Virus record (IMG/VR): IMGVR_UViG_3300029787_004165
Length of the DNA: 20,000 nt
Reading direction: 5' to 3' (one strand)
Source: an uncultured virus (IMG/VR IMGVR_UViG_3300029787_004165)
Lineage: Duplodnaviria > Heunggongvirae > Uroviricota > Caudoviricetes
In this document: one piece after another, positions 12,301-17,748 of the stretch
How the letters are laid out: each line of letters opens with the position of its first letter
How positions within the stretch are numbered: the stretch's first letter is position 1
Position numbers and translations under genes: made by a program
Notes under the pieces: model-generated
What the model was told of the DNA's origin: nothing
Seen by the model: only the letters and a program-made list of their open reading frames with translations
The model's database searches: none

Positions 12301-13374
12301 CGATATTAAAGTTCCTGTTTGACCAAATCCTATAGTTGAATCTACTGTTATTACAGATGAACCTATAGAAACAGCATTAAGAGATCTTGTTGATGGTGTA
12401 ATTTTAAAATCACCTTGAATAGTGGATGCACTATTATCATAACCAACAAAAAGAGAAATTTTAAAATATTGTTGAACTGATGTTAATGCAACTCCAATTC
12501 TACTAAATGGTTCTATTTCTGAAATAGCAGCATTAGTATTTAAATCAGAAGTTTTAAATAATGTCTGACCGACCAATTTTTTGGGATTTGGAGGATCTTC
12601 ATTTGGAGATCTTTCATTGACAACTTCTGCAACAACAACTTCACGTCTTAAATATTCTGCAGAAGATGGTTTTATTAAATAATCTTCTAAATTAACAATT
12701 CTAGGAGTTTCATTGTAAAGTACATTGAATAATATTCTAAAAGATTCATTCGTTCCTTTTGATTCATAAAAAGATCTAGATTCTTTTAGAAAGGCACCAA
12801 CATTTAAAGTTGGAGTAAAATCTATATCTTCCAATCCTGGAACTAAATTAAATTTTAATTTTTTATAAAATTCTTTTAAGAATAAAGAACTTAAATTTTG
12901 TATATGACTACCAGCAGAGTGTTCAGAAGCTGTTGTACTGGAAAATACTAATTCTTCATCATTTAATTCTTGATGATAACTTGTAATCCCACTAAATCCA
13001 CGTTTACATCCTTCAAATGATAAATTATCAGATGAAATATTAGTATATGTAATTACCTCATCATTAATTTTAAATAATCCATACTCTTGTGGAAATCCTT
13101 TTGTAGAACTAACAGTAACTACACCTACAGTTGAATCAATATCATATGATAAAGTAGTACTATCAACAATAACTTCAGGAATTAAACTATCTAAACTTAA
13201 ATATTGATTTAAATTGTCTGTAATATCAACAGGCCCACCTTGATATTCTTGTGAAATATAATATTGTTTTAAAAAATCTACCGTTTTAGGACTTTCACTC
13301 CTAATAAAATTTGGAAGTTGATTATCTATAATTTGTTGAATTTTAACTTTAGATTCAAAATCAGTTCTTATCAT
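376..13374 (-). CDS. gp7: Giant baseplate wedge initiator / structural protein gp7 (4332 aa, internally repeated)
   Basis: Uninterrupted 13-kb ORF between gp6 and gp8. The N-terminus (QLPNFIRSE..FLKQYYISQEYQGG; FYESKGTNESFRILFNVLY) and internal YYQNLSYSIQS..LLHTSGLKNFAD segment match cyanomyovirus gp7-like proteins. It is G/S/T/I/N rich and beta-structured, and starts 1 nt after the gp6 stop. Confidence 0.85.
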   Translation of the reverse strand: MIRTDFESKVKIQQIIDNQLPNFIRSESPKTVDFLKQYYISQEYQGGPVDITDNLNQYLSLDSLIPEVIVDSTTLSYDIDSTVGVVTVSSTKGFPQEYGLFKINDEVITYTNISSDNLSFEGCKRGFSGITSYHQELNDEELVFSSTTASEHSAGSHIQNLSSLFLKEFYKKLKFNLVPGLEDIDFTPTLNVGAFLKESRSFYESKGTNESFRILFNVLYNETPRIVNLEDYLIKPSSAEYLRREVVVAEVVNERSPNEDPPNPKKLVGQTLFKTSDLNTNAAISEIEPFSRIGVALTSVQQYFKISLFVGYDNSASTIQGDFKITPSTRSLNAVSIGSSVITVDSTIGFGQTGTLISGSNTNINYTNKSVNQFFGCTGIDNGINSTDNIRNNDTYFGYEDGDTTKKVELRLTGVLSEFEQVSDNLTVDEGEIISVKNLGDLIKNPSSNKTYKETFANSWIYNTSTRYKIKIEDTEFGEETQSINLFDSYDRSSLKQGDTVEIVERSSNNITLFKGGDSFAIIIEDNNSGVGDKQVLLSSKYTPVLNKEYDLRRKINTAISNREPLEYDDITSDIQNVYIENEETFYVASNSLPSAKVDGNGNEREYQYLNSIDTKIDKVSIPLSHEGFGLIEEISGEPNKFAAIKFENNVPFQDGDEIFYKTSGDPYGGLENNEIYFVEVDSSDKKIIKLYTSPTFIGSSDYIKLSDANAVHEFILTSQSFEKIGAQKLLKKFPVNPDISKGNQTKTVVGTTGMLVNGVEINNYKSNDKIYYGPIDSIKLLNGGSDYDVINLPKIEVAAGFGTTALIQPIIQGNIKKVYVDQQNFDINEVISINVTGGNGNAVLEPIIQKRSRDVLFSGLSTNSFGGVSQELNTIQFLSDHVFEIGQEVIYNSGGSKPVSVGIGTSTLVDDASYFVEVIDEKTVKLYTSFDDAISKTNVVGLNTFNAGGIHKFSTLPTQKYISGIGVINDGLFTNRKLIVKSTGISTQYDKVTFNNHGFNNGEKIIYSTTGNKISGLNTSTGITTTTNQYQIIKIDDNSFRLSDAGVGGTITSNYTSKNYISLNSVGSGNHNFSYPDIEVSLDYVPLGIGTDTQIKKSVKLTPIIRGSIIDSYLYESGTGYGSSIINFEKNPIISIKNGKNASLKPTIVNGKIDAVSVSFQGSEYFSIPDLNIIDNSGSGTGAELRPIISNGKLTDVEIINAGIGYSSSDTSINVVAAGKNAVISNQIRSLTLDNRNKFGDSILLNSNENNNLQYGICGYGETLRDYFGDSIDLPHSPIIGWAYDGNPIYGSFGYANPGIALTPTRMRSGYTLNSSKVIDRPLGFDDGYFVEDYEFTNAGDLDRNNGRFTKTFNFPDGIYAYFATIKSDSDQNIPEFPYFIGDSYRSVPVLQDIDQSYNFEGSNLIRNTFPYKISEKNIDNDFIVETNEISKQKIVMKSVTSGSVDELVIISSGDNYKVNTSLSFDNTNTEGTGLISRVTSLKGKDIVDINTTTTTFNNTIINWKNSNSLNFTVLPFHTFSDGDVISISGFASTLSQLNGNHTVGVTSFKASGISTILPSSTVGFTTEIYVSSIPESVSVGNSIGIGTETLQILDIYKNANILRVERGTTGLAHTVPFTVSFLPDTFTINKSVDYFESRINDIVYFNPKESIGFGTLSGISSSVTFDFGVSTITRDIPTQRIYIENHPFVDNQQITLSNVTSNITYNVDPSNSANSNASLPSTLFVSNTSKNTIGIKTGVGIGYSNVYFVSGGADVDTYKFTSNYEQILVDVEKNVAKVSVSTSHNLKIGDNISLSVNPNLSVGIGTSSSVKIQLDENTGYSLVNHIGFNSTGINTTTNQINISSHGFITGDKISYTTTDTAPEGLSVNDYFVYKVDKDNFKLCNTRNDAISNPPITISIASTGGESQTIFSINPQIDVVDNNNLVFDLSHSSLQGYKFKLYYDKDFNNEFVSTSSTTFNIISVGTPGISADASIKINNNNLLPEKLYYTFEKSGFISTADKDVQYYSEIEFIESSYNNDYSIIGIGNTTFDISLKLFPEKISYNQSECDSLIYSTSSLTASGGIDKVGIDYGGSGYKKLPNFVGTSSTEGKGGQVIAKSKSIGNANQIRIINEGFEYSSDNTLKPNAFISPFITINNSNTIGVVTVSEPGSGYLSSPNINLVDSITREKINKGVFNTNLVGSSIKNIDITIKPFGLSDNPIDIFTTNNSNGVGIKTIISNSTGIFTCSIETPSLGFTAAPFLVGDEVFIEGIKKYSTDGSGFNSEDYGFKFFKVSSFDDTGINFKVTINLEGLSTNTGIAITNQNSLASIVNKNKYPIFTTLLESSKFIIGEQLIIGNEQKDLFITSSESDFIKITGNYELSIGDIITGKESGVIATIDSISNNNGRYIVDYSAKKDIGWSDNIGKLNDDTQVIPNNDYYQNLSYSIQSSLTYDKLRNAVNSLLHTSGLKNFADTGISSSTTVGIAGTDFSIVIKDYIGDNRIDSIYNFDLANSLNENDISKFITLQNKKLSNYNLSKSNEVFVIDNINTQFNNLTEDTNEYLDVFNNNVISYKNLLLRVSNLQNTKVQLSDLVLLSNNNNQYLLERGQLVSGITTSYGSEDLLGSFDLIENIFTGEQSVRFVPLTDTSNTDYDIKVITSEFLSGSGIGTFPVGFINLSGISGIGTSNNDGTPAITGIITAKSDKFTSFHTRNELINKTKNEVNFVEVYATHDGTNTYVSEYFIDNSNYNGYSSTGIGSFKANISGSDFVLNYHNDTTDQIDIKSNVVGFGTTSVGTATYRFNKDNQPDGTERTAIYQSNYSKSIGISTVFTLDKNLFNAVKSIIEVSIGSTKALHQVLTVHNGDNVYVNSLPFLSVNGTIPNSSIEEYDNILGIGTFGVNFASNDFLLKFYPDPIFNSDYIQVSTLNLCVYKKLDVDNKPNDFIYGKTKESIDNYFYNAPNGSRINRTSFTLTSNDIPLFAKTFDPANTDIISTNGNTFNIEDHFFRTNEELIYTPKSTFVGVGSTPMQYQGVTGGIDILPSNVFAIRTNKDSFQISTTSGGGAVTFVGVGTGNGHEFAMAKSNTKNIININNIIQSPLSFALLTHTLKDNFDDNNSFLGISTSRTTFALSGISSVRVRDILKIDNEYMNVVSVGVGTTTVGPITPGIGLTSLVDVERGFVGTSATNHTNNTNVEIYRGSFNIVGSKIHFVDAPRGNLARLKNENNLDFARSDFNGRTYFRQNYTTNQIYDDISEQFTGIGQTFNLTIGGSNTSGIGETGGNGLVLINSIFQRPTAVNNPSNNYQMIDDSVAGVSSISFTGIRSDTGDIFISENDVNQNQLPRGGVIISLGSTPGLGYAPLEGAEAITEIDATGGISRVVSAATTGPSNNITTARYDNLTGDIVITTKNDHNFELGIVNQVKLVGLEFSCTQEHAGVTTTIFPDVIDPVTGLGTTAYTILQTIPGDFEHRFVTATDNAVNGSLTPTGALYKPTSGLLELSFSSAHNLSIGDAVTVANYGITFTCDADNHATTHPYPRPTDPISGISVPVLDVPTTTSFTINVGPSPTYRFKTNVGICTIPHNYVGQGTVFPYYGDVKIGSGYRSPVSVAVTDTAFNHKFVGTIGTSVFVNSWSGVAKTATGADYDSVSGNLILTIPSHGLTDSNTVGIKTESLIFSCSKDNYKTEHLYPRATDPVSGILTAITAYDTNTFTVNVGSAIGRGAIVNTTVGLGGTLSFSIGAAGTNYKNPQLIIPEASYKNLEVTGVSRLADGSTTNTGSGLLLDINIGASSTVGIGSTQFSVTNWKIARNGYGFRKGDVFTPVGLVTDASLSSPIKQFELTVSEAYNDPFSAWQFGQFDYIDSIKDQQDGVRTRFEIKYDDEYLNFEIEDGGEFNVNLSNSLLIIINGVVQEPGSAYQFEGGTSFVFTEPPKEEDDVAIFFYRGTSGEDTLLVDTIKPTLKSGDDLQLLSIDSNDVNQDNRTMLGIATLTSGDVETVLYDGVGINDNTKSLKWTKQKSDKIINGELVYKSRPMLEPLIFPTAKIIGDISSSALTSIFVDDVDLFDNENEISSKPIGGIIIDNSVSPVSAALTAIVSTGGTISSIVIGSGGTGYTPGTIPISIGIPTTGIEVGVGTTATATATISSNGEISSVSITNPGLGYNQNIPPKVLAPFPTFKSEKVLNIDRIHGFSGIITGIGTVTGIGVPLALEFILKDGGTYENLVAGYPINIHSTTIGSGATSIYDANDKIVGIGTTFLDNVYNVSAWNQNVGIITCNIHSDSPVVGLGTTGSTPVGKVSWGRLFSTGSITRGSNPISIGVTGFTITSGLTTFPTIQRRVQGLRDTGAIEPS

Positions 13375-13375
13375 A

Positions 13376-15331
13376 CTACTCTCGTATTAATTTTCCGTTA
13401 AGATAACTTGATGTGTAAAAATCTCTAATAAAGGAAGTTCCTGTTATTTCGTCACCTGAACTAATAACATCTCTTACCATATTTATTGTACTTTCTGAGA
13501 TGCTAAAATTCAAATATAAATCTCTTAGACCAACAACATCATTAGATTCTGGAATTGCCTGTATCTCTACAACATCTGATCCATCTAATGTTGATGTAAT
13601 ATTCACGGTTCCCAACATAATTTCACCTTTAATATAATCAACTGTTCCCGCAGCTTTTGCAATAACATTAATTTCTCCAGTGTCTAAAACTTGAACCAAA
13701 GAAATAACTCCAGTTTTTAAACCTTGATCAGGAACATCAGTTATATAAACTGGTTTAGTTTGTCCAGAAATATAAAATCCTTTAGATTTTATATTATATC
13801 CTTCAGAATTTACATGAAATTGATTACCATAACATAATTCATACTGTGCAAATTGATTAAATGCAACTTTTAAATCTCTTCTTATTCTTACTTTAGTTAT
13901 ATTTGAAGATATTGCTATATTTGTCTTATCAATTACTTGTAAAACTTTACTATATTTAAATCTACCACCAAATTTATTAACTTCTAAAGAATTTGCATAT
14001 GAAGTTAAGGCATTTAATACAGAAGATTTTAAGGAATTCTCAGATGATATTTTTGTACTATTATAATACACCGAAGAATCAATTTCTACATATAATATCT
14101 TCAAATCTGTTATTTTTTGATTAATTCCTGATATAGAGTACTGTTTTAATTGCGATAAAATTCTAGATTTATTAAAATCAGAAACAAAAGTTCCATTTTT
14201 TGGTTTTATACTAATAGATACCGTTCCAAATTCTGGTGGATCAAGCTCTTCACCACCAATAACGGCAACAGATTCAGTATCTGGGTAAATTCTTTTCACA
14301 ATTGTCTCATAATCTCTGGATGTTACTGCTCTAAATTGAGAAGAATATATTTTTGGAGCAAAATATTTGATAGAATCGACATCTTCAATGTCAGAACCAT
14401 TTTGAGATGTAATATTTGTTACAATAGAAGGTGTGGTAAACGAAAGTAATGCTGAATTTGAAATAATTTCTGGATTTTGTTGTAATATTTTACCAGCAAA
14501 TGAAAAACTATCATTTTTACCTACACCATTTCCCTCTTTTCCGTCCGTAGTGATATATTTTACTGTTATTTTTGCTCCATTAGCTATTTTTTTACCAATT
14601 ATTCCATCACCGAAAATTAATTCATACTTTTCATCTTGTACTTCTTGAAGTAAATATATTTCTGATGAAGAATCTACGTTTATTATATTGTCAACCAAGA
14701 AATATTCGACACCAAGACCGTCATCTTGATCAGTTGTATCATCAATATACACTTTTATTGTAGAAGTATCGATTCCAGGATTGTCTAATACAAATTTTTG
14801 ATCTAAAGATGCTTCTTTTGTAAATTCTTTTGTTAATAAAGTGCCTTGTTTGACTAAAATATTTGAAAATTCTGCAGAATATGAATCATTTACATTTTTT
14901 ATTGGTGATGACCAATTTTCTGAGGTAGAAAACACAAAAGATGTATTATTAGCATCACCCACACATATTAAACCTGCAGATAATGTTGCATTAGGCACCC
15001 GACTTAGCATTTCTGCCGTAAAATCTGGAAAAGTTACGGTAAATGATATGTCTGCTGTGGATGCAGTTTTAGAACGTGGTACATATCCAATATTTCTTGC
15101 CAATGAGACTACATTTTGACGTAATGTTGCCGATTCCAAGAAGGATTCGTTAACAATCATGTTGGAATTGAATGCCGTAATGTAAGTATTATATGCTAAT
15201 GTGTCTATGAGTACTGAAAAATTAGATCCTTCAAAGTCAAAATCCTTAAAATCACTATTTGCACGAAGATAATCTTTAATAGATGTTTTTATCTGATCAA
15301 AATCAAGATTTGTAAATTTAGTAAATGGCAT
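13376..15331 (-). CDS. gp6: Baseplate wedge subunit gp6
   Basis: Contains LDFDQIKTSIKDYLR, DFDFEGS..SVLIDTLAYNTY, NESFLESATLRQNVVSLARNIGYVPRS, FGDGIIGK and QFRAVTSRDY motifs characteristic of T4 gp6; 651 aa. Confidence 0.95.
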   Translation of the reverse strand: MPFTKFTNLDFDQIKTSIKDYLRANSDFKDFDFEGSNFSVLIDTLAYNTYITAFNSNMIVNESFLESATLRQNVVSLARNIGYVPRSKTASTADISFTVTFPDFTAEMLSRVPNATLSAGLICVGDANNTSFVFSTSENWSSPIKNVNDSYSAEFSNILVKQGTLLTKEFTKEASLDQKFVLDNPGIDTSTIKVYIDDTTDQDDGLGVEYFLVDNIINVDSSSEIYLLQEVQDEKYELIFGDGIIGKKIANGAKITVKYITTDGKEGNGVGKNDSFSFAGKILQQNPEIISNSALLSFTTPSIVTNITSQNGSDIEDVDSIKYFAPKIYSSQFRAVTSRDYETIVKRIYPDTESVAVIGGEELDPPEFGTVSISIKPKNGTFVSDFNKSRILSQLKQYSISGINQKITDLKILYVEIDSSVYYNSTKISSENSLKSSVLNALTSYANSLEVNKFGGRFKYSKVLQVIDKTNIAISSNITKVRIRRDLKVAFNQFAQYELCYGNQFHVNSEGYNIKSKGFYISGQTKPVYITDVPDQGLKTGVISLVQVLDTGEINVIAKAAGTVDYIKGEIMLGTVNITSTLDGSDVVEIQAIPESNDVVGLRDLYLNFSISESTINMVRDVISSGDEITGTSFIRDFYTSSYLNGKLIRE

Positions 15332-15332
15332 G

Positions 15333-15734
15333 TTATCTAGTTGCCTCTAGGAGGAAGGTATATTCTTGGGTTGGAAACTCTTGGCCAATAATATCGTATA
15401 TAATGGTCACATTAAATGTATTGTTATCAGGTTGAGGATCTACTTCTACTTCAACATTTTCAATTCTTTCTTCAAAATTATTTAATGCAATTATAATTTG
15501 ATCTCTGATATTGGATGCTGTACCAAAATCAACAAATTCAAATAAACTTTTATAGACATCAGAACCTAATATAGAATTAAAAAATCTTTCTGTGGGTATC
15601 GTTTGAACTATATTTCTTACAGATCTACGAATTGCATCTTCATTTTTTAATATTTTTAGGTCATTTGACACAGGATGTGGTTCAAAAGATAAACTAATAT
15701 CTTTAAATGTCCTTGATATCCTAGAAATTGCCAT
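15333..15734 (-). CDS. gp25: Baseplate wedge subunit gp25 (GPW/gp25 family)
   Basis: 133 aa with FKDISLSFEPHP, NEDAIRRSVRNIVQT...ERFFN..LGS and FEERI motifs; directly upstream of gp6. Confidence 0.93.
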   Translation of the reverse strand: MAISRISRTFKDISLSFEPHPVSNDLKILKNEDAIRRSVRNIVQTIPTERFFNSILGSDVYKSLFEFVDFGTASNIRDQIIIALNNFEERIENVEVEVDPQPDNNTFNVTIIYDIIGQEFPTQEYTFLLEATR

Positions 15735-15752
15735 ATGAACAGAGTTTTTCTT

Positions 15753-15760
15753 TATTTATA
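15753..15760 (-). promoter_or_regulatory. T4-type late promoter for the gp25-gp6-gp7 operon
   Basis: Exact TATAAATA on the - strand, 18 nt upstream of the gp25 ATG and just downstream of a terminator. Confidence 0.88.
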
Positions 15761-15774
15761 TGAGTATTGCCCAT

Positions 15775-15801
15775 AAAAAAAGGCACCCATTATAGTGCCT
15801 T
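15775..15801 (-). terminator. Rho-independent terminator
   Basis: - strand AAGGCAC-TATAATGG-GTGCCTT followed by a T run, 4 nt after the stop of the 48-aa basic ORF. Confidence 0.8.
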
Positions 15802-15805
15802 ATAA

Positions 15806-15952
15806 TTATTTACCCTGTCCCCTATATCGTTTACGAGCCGAGTTACGAGACGTTGCCGAGTATTTTGAGTGTTTTCCTCTTCCTTGACGAGATTTCTTGG
15901 GTGGAGATTGAATATTATTCCCTCCACTAAGACCACCACTTGCTCTAATCAT
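15806..15952 (-). CDS. Small highly basic protein, 48 aa (not in ORF track)
   Basis: MIRASGGLSGGNNIQSPPKKSRQGRGKHSKYSATSRNSARKRYRGQGK*. GGAGGA lies immediately upstream, the ORF overlaps the previous stop, and a terminator follows. Confidence 0.8.
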   Translation of the reverse strand: MIRASGGLSGGNNIQSPPKKSRQGRGKHSKYSATSRNSARKRYRGQGK

Positions 15953-16118
15953 TTTCCTCCAAATAAATTTCAGTTTTAATTGTGTCTGGATGTGGAGAAC
16001 CTGTCTGATAATACTCTATCGATAGGTTATCCATAATATTAAAGTATTCCATGTGAGTTAAACCTGAGAATACTTCCTTTCCATCTATGGTTACTTTATA
16101 TAACTCTTGTTTTTTCAT
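15945..16118 (-). CDS. Hypothetical protein, 57 aa (not in ORF track)
   Basis: MKKQELYKVTIDGKEVFSGLTHMEYFNIMDNLSIEYYQTGSPHPDTIKTEIYLEEND*. It fills the gap between the glycosyltransferase-like gene and the basic ORF, overlapping both. Confidence 0.75.
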   Translation of the reverse strand: MKKQELYKVTIDGKEVFSGLTHMEYFNIMDNLSIEYYQTGSPHPDTIKTEIYLEEND

Positions 16119-16854
16119 GTCCTACTCGTATACGAGGGTCACACCAGATCTCAAAATCTGCTTCCTTCGCATCAAGACAGAAAGAAACGTCCTCACCGCA
16201 CATGTCTTGCACCTCACCTGATTCAAAAACTTGCATCTTGGGTGCGAACCATGGATAAGGCATTCCTTCGTGTTCAAAAACTCCTTTCTTAATCAGTAAC
16301 CATCCAAAACCTGTATAGTCTACTGTGAAAGGTTTGCGTCTCTTGGATATACTTTCGACGGTTTCGTGATTCATCACACCACCATTGTTACGAAAATCAT
16401 CCTCTTCTAACCAATGTGCAACAGAGGTAGTCTTACCATCTTCGGTGGCATACCATCCTCCTGCAATATCTTTCTCCATTAATATTAATTGGAAAAACTT
16501 TTCACTGTTAAAGACAATATCAGAATCAATCCATAATTGCCAGTCATAATTTAGTTTACCATCCCATGGAACTTGGTTTGGCCCTCTGAGAACATTTGCA
16601 CCAAGACATTTACATCTTGCAAAGTTTACCATAGAACTATAATCTTGTGAGATCTGTATACTTGCTCCACACTGAACTAAATCAAAACAAAGTTGTACAA
16701 AACTTTTTAGAAATTGATAAGAAACTCCTCTACCTGGTAGACAAAATACAATGGCTTTTCCTTTTACCATTGCTTTTGCATTTTCAAAATCCCATTCAGG
16801 TTCCTTTTTCTTCTTCATCGGTGATTTTGCCTTCACCGTAAATCCTTTAGCCAT
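16096..16854 (-). CDS. GT-A fold (GT2-like) glycosyltransferase-like protein
   Basis: 252 aa with NFAR, a DxD motif (LWIDSDIVF), TGFGWLLIKKGVFE, GEDVSFC and DPRIRVGH, in the order typical of GT-A enzymes. Confidence 0.75.
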   Translation of the reverse strand: MAKGFTVKAKSPMKKKKEPEWDFENAKAMVKGKAIVFCLPGRGVSYQFLKSFVQLCFDLVQCGASIQISQDYSSMVNFARCKCLGANVLRGPNQVPWDGKLNYDWQLWIDSDIVFNSEKFFQLILMEKDIAGGWYATEDGKTTSVAHWLEEDDFRNNGGVMNHETVESISKRRKPFTVDYTGFGWLLIKKGVFEHEGMPYPWFAPKMQVFESGEVQDMCGEDVSFCLDAKEADFEIWCDPRIRVGHEKTRVI

Positions 16855-16893
16855 AATCGAATTCGCTATGTTTTTTAATACTTAAGTAATCAT

Positions 16894-16922
16894 ATTATAC
16901 TATATTATATATTGACTGTCAA
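16894..16922 (-). promoter_or_regulatory. Perfect-consensus sigma70 (host-like) promoter
   Basis: - strand TTGACA (16922-16917), 17-bp spacer, TATAAT (16899-16894), 39 nt upstream of the glycosyltransferase-like ATG. Confidence 0.9.
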
Positions 16923-17107
16923 TAAGAACTTTCTTCTAAAGTTGTAATGTAATCTTTAGGGGTTTCCGTAATCTCTTCGTAGGTTATCTCGTCCTTCCAG
17001 TATGATGTATATAACTTATTCCATATTATATTAAACTCTTCTTCATTTAAATTTTTAAACAAACACTTATTATCTTCCAAATAGATGTGATATGTTTTTT
17101 TACTCAT
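16919..17107 (-). CDS. Hypothetical protein, 62 aa
   Basis: ORF track; overlaps the stop of the upstream AbrB-like ORF by 8 nt and has phage-like composition. Confidence 0.75.
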   Translation of the reverse strand: MSKKTYHIYLEDNKCLFKNLNEEEFNIIWNKLYTSYWKDEITYEEITETPKDYITTLEESSY

Positions 17108-17273
17108 CTGCCTCGGTAATTATGATGTCCCCATTATCTATGTTCCATTTTAATACAAGGTCTTCGTACCAATCATATTCATTAATAATTTCTTCGGGTA
17201 TTGTTATATGATATTTATCTGTGACTGGATCGATCTCTACAGTGGAAAAAATTTCATCAAAATTTTTTTTCAT
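17100..17273 (-). CDS. AbrB/MazE/SpoVT-like small DNA-binding protein, 57 aa (not in ORF track)
   Basis: MKKNFDEIFSTVEIDPVTDKYHITIPEEIINEYDWYEDLVLKWNIDNGDIIITEADE*. The pattern h-T-I-P-x-E-I-I-x-x-h-x-W-x-E-x-x-x-L-x-W...h-I-I resembles the swapped-hairpin AbrB consensus. Confidence 0.7.
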   Translation of the reverse strand: MKKNFDEIFSTVEIDPVTDKYHITIPEEIINEYDWYEDLVLKWNIDNGDIIITEADE

Positions 17274-17384
17274 ATTCTTGGAACCCTGTGTATGTTTTTA
17301 TATAGCGAAAAAAAATCTTGTGTAGAGGGGAATTTATAGCTCGCTTGGGTAACACTTTGTAGGTTAGGGTAGTTACGCAATTTT

Positions 17385-17410
17385 AATATAAGGGGGGCAT
17401 AACACCCCCC
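17385..17410 (-). terminator. Probable intrinsic terminator closing the early region
   Basis: - strand GGGGGG-TGTTATG-CCCCCC followed by TTATATT, 26 nt after the stop of 17437..17673. The U tract is imperfect. Confidence 0.6.
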
Positions 17411-17436
17411 ACTGTCTGATTCACGAACGACTGACC

Positions 17437-17673
17437 CTATGCATATTTGCTGCAAGGGTGAGGATTGGTAGGAGTGCAACCGAATGAAGCAAAAAATGCA
17501 TCCATCATTCCTCTGTTAACTTCGGGGTCATCAAAGTCAACTCCAGCAATGTGGTCTACTCCCCACTCTGCAACTTCTTCAATAAAAGTTGCGAAGTCTT
17601 CGCATACATAGGCAACGTTTTCAAAGTTGTCTACTTTTTGAATTCTTTCGATTAGTCTCTGTGTTTTTGTCAT
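17437..17673 (-). CDS. Hypothetical acidic early protein, 78 aa
   Basis: ORF track; has its own upstream TATAAT promoter and a downstream hairpin. Confidence 0.8.
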   Translation of the reverse strand: MTKTQRLIERIQKVDNFENVAYVCEDFATFIEEVAEWGVDHIAGVDFDDPEVNRGMMDAFFASFGCTPTNPHPCSKYA

Positions 17674-17692
17674 GTGGTGGCGAATGATTGTT

Positions 17693-17731
17693 TATACATC
17701 TATTATATACCCTCACGCATAAAAACGTGAG
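17693..17731 (-). promoter_or_regulatory. Degenerate early promoter cassette D (hairpin + -10)
   Basis: - strand CTCACG-N8-CGTGAG hairpin, then TATAAT (17707-17702). The 14 bp at 17693-17706 are identical to 19235-19248 of cassette B. Confidence 0.65.
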
Positions 17732-17748
17732 TTTTCTGTCGTATTAAT

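Noticed and set aside
376..13374. Diversity-generating retroelement target, intein or intron within gp7
   Set aside because: I saw no near-identical nucleotide repeat differing at adenines, no reverse transcriptase, and no intein splice or LAGLIDADG motifs. The repeats are old and visible only at protein level.
1016..15119. Plus-strand ORFs 1016..1498, 2575..2790, 4148..4336, 5279..5473, 6599..7051, 11651..11908, 14433..14648, 14841..15119
   Set aside because: Antisense shadows of gp7/gp6. Their P/I/V/L-rich translations are what the reverse complement of G/T/N/I codons produces, and I saw no expression signals or recognisable motifs.
16107..16841. Plus-strand ORFs 16107..16292 and 16647..16841
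   Set aside because: Antisense to the well-supported glycosyltransferase-like gene.
16912..16940. Divergent plus-strand promoter from the TTGACT half of the palindrome
   Set aside because: No acceptable -10 at 16-18 bp spacing and no plus-strand gene downstream.
17274..17436. tRNA or known riboswitch in the junction
   Set aside because: No cloverleaf, TTC T-loop or CCA end, and no aptamer consensus that I recognise.
17270..17479. 69-aa minus-strand ORF across the non-coding junction
   Set aside because: It overlaps the 78-aa gene, runs through a terminator-like hairpin and an A tract, and has no RBS or protein-like pattern.
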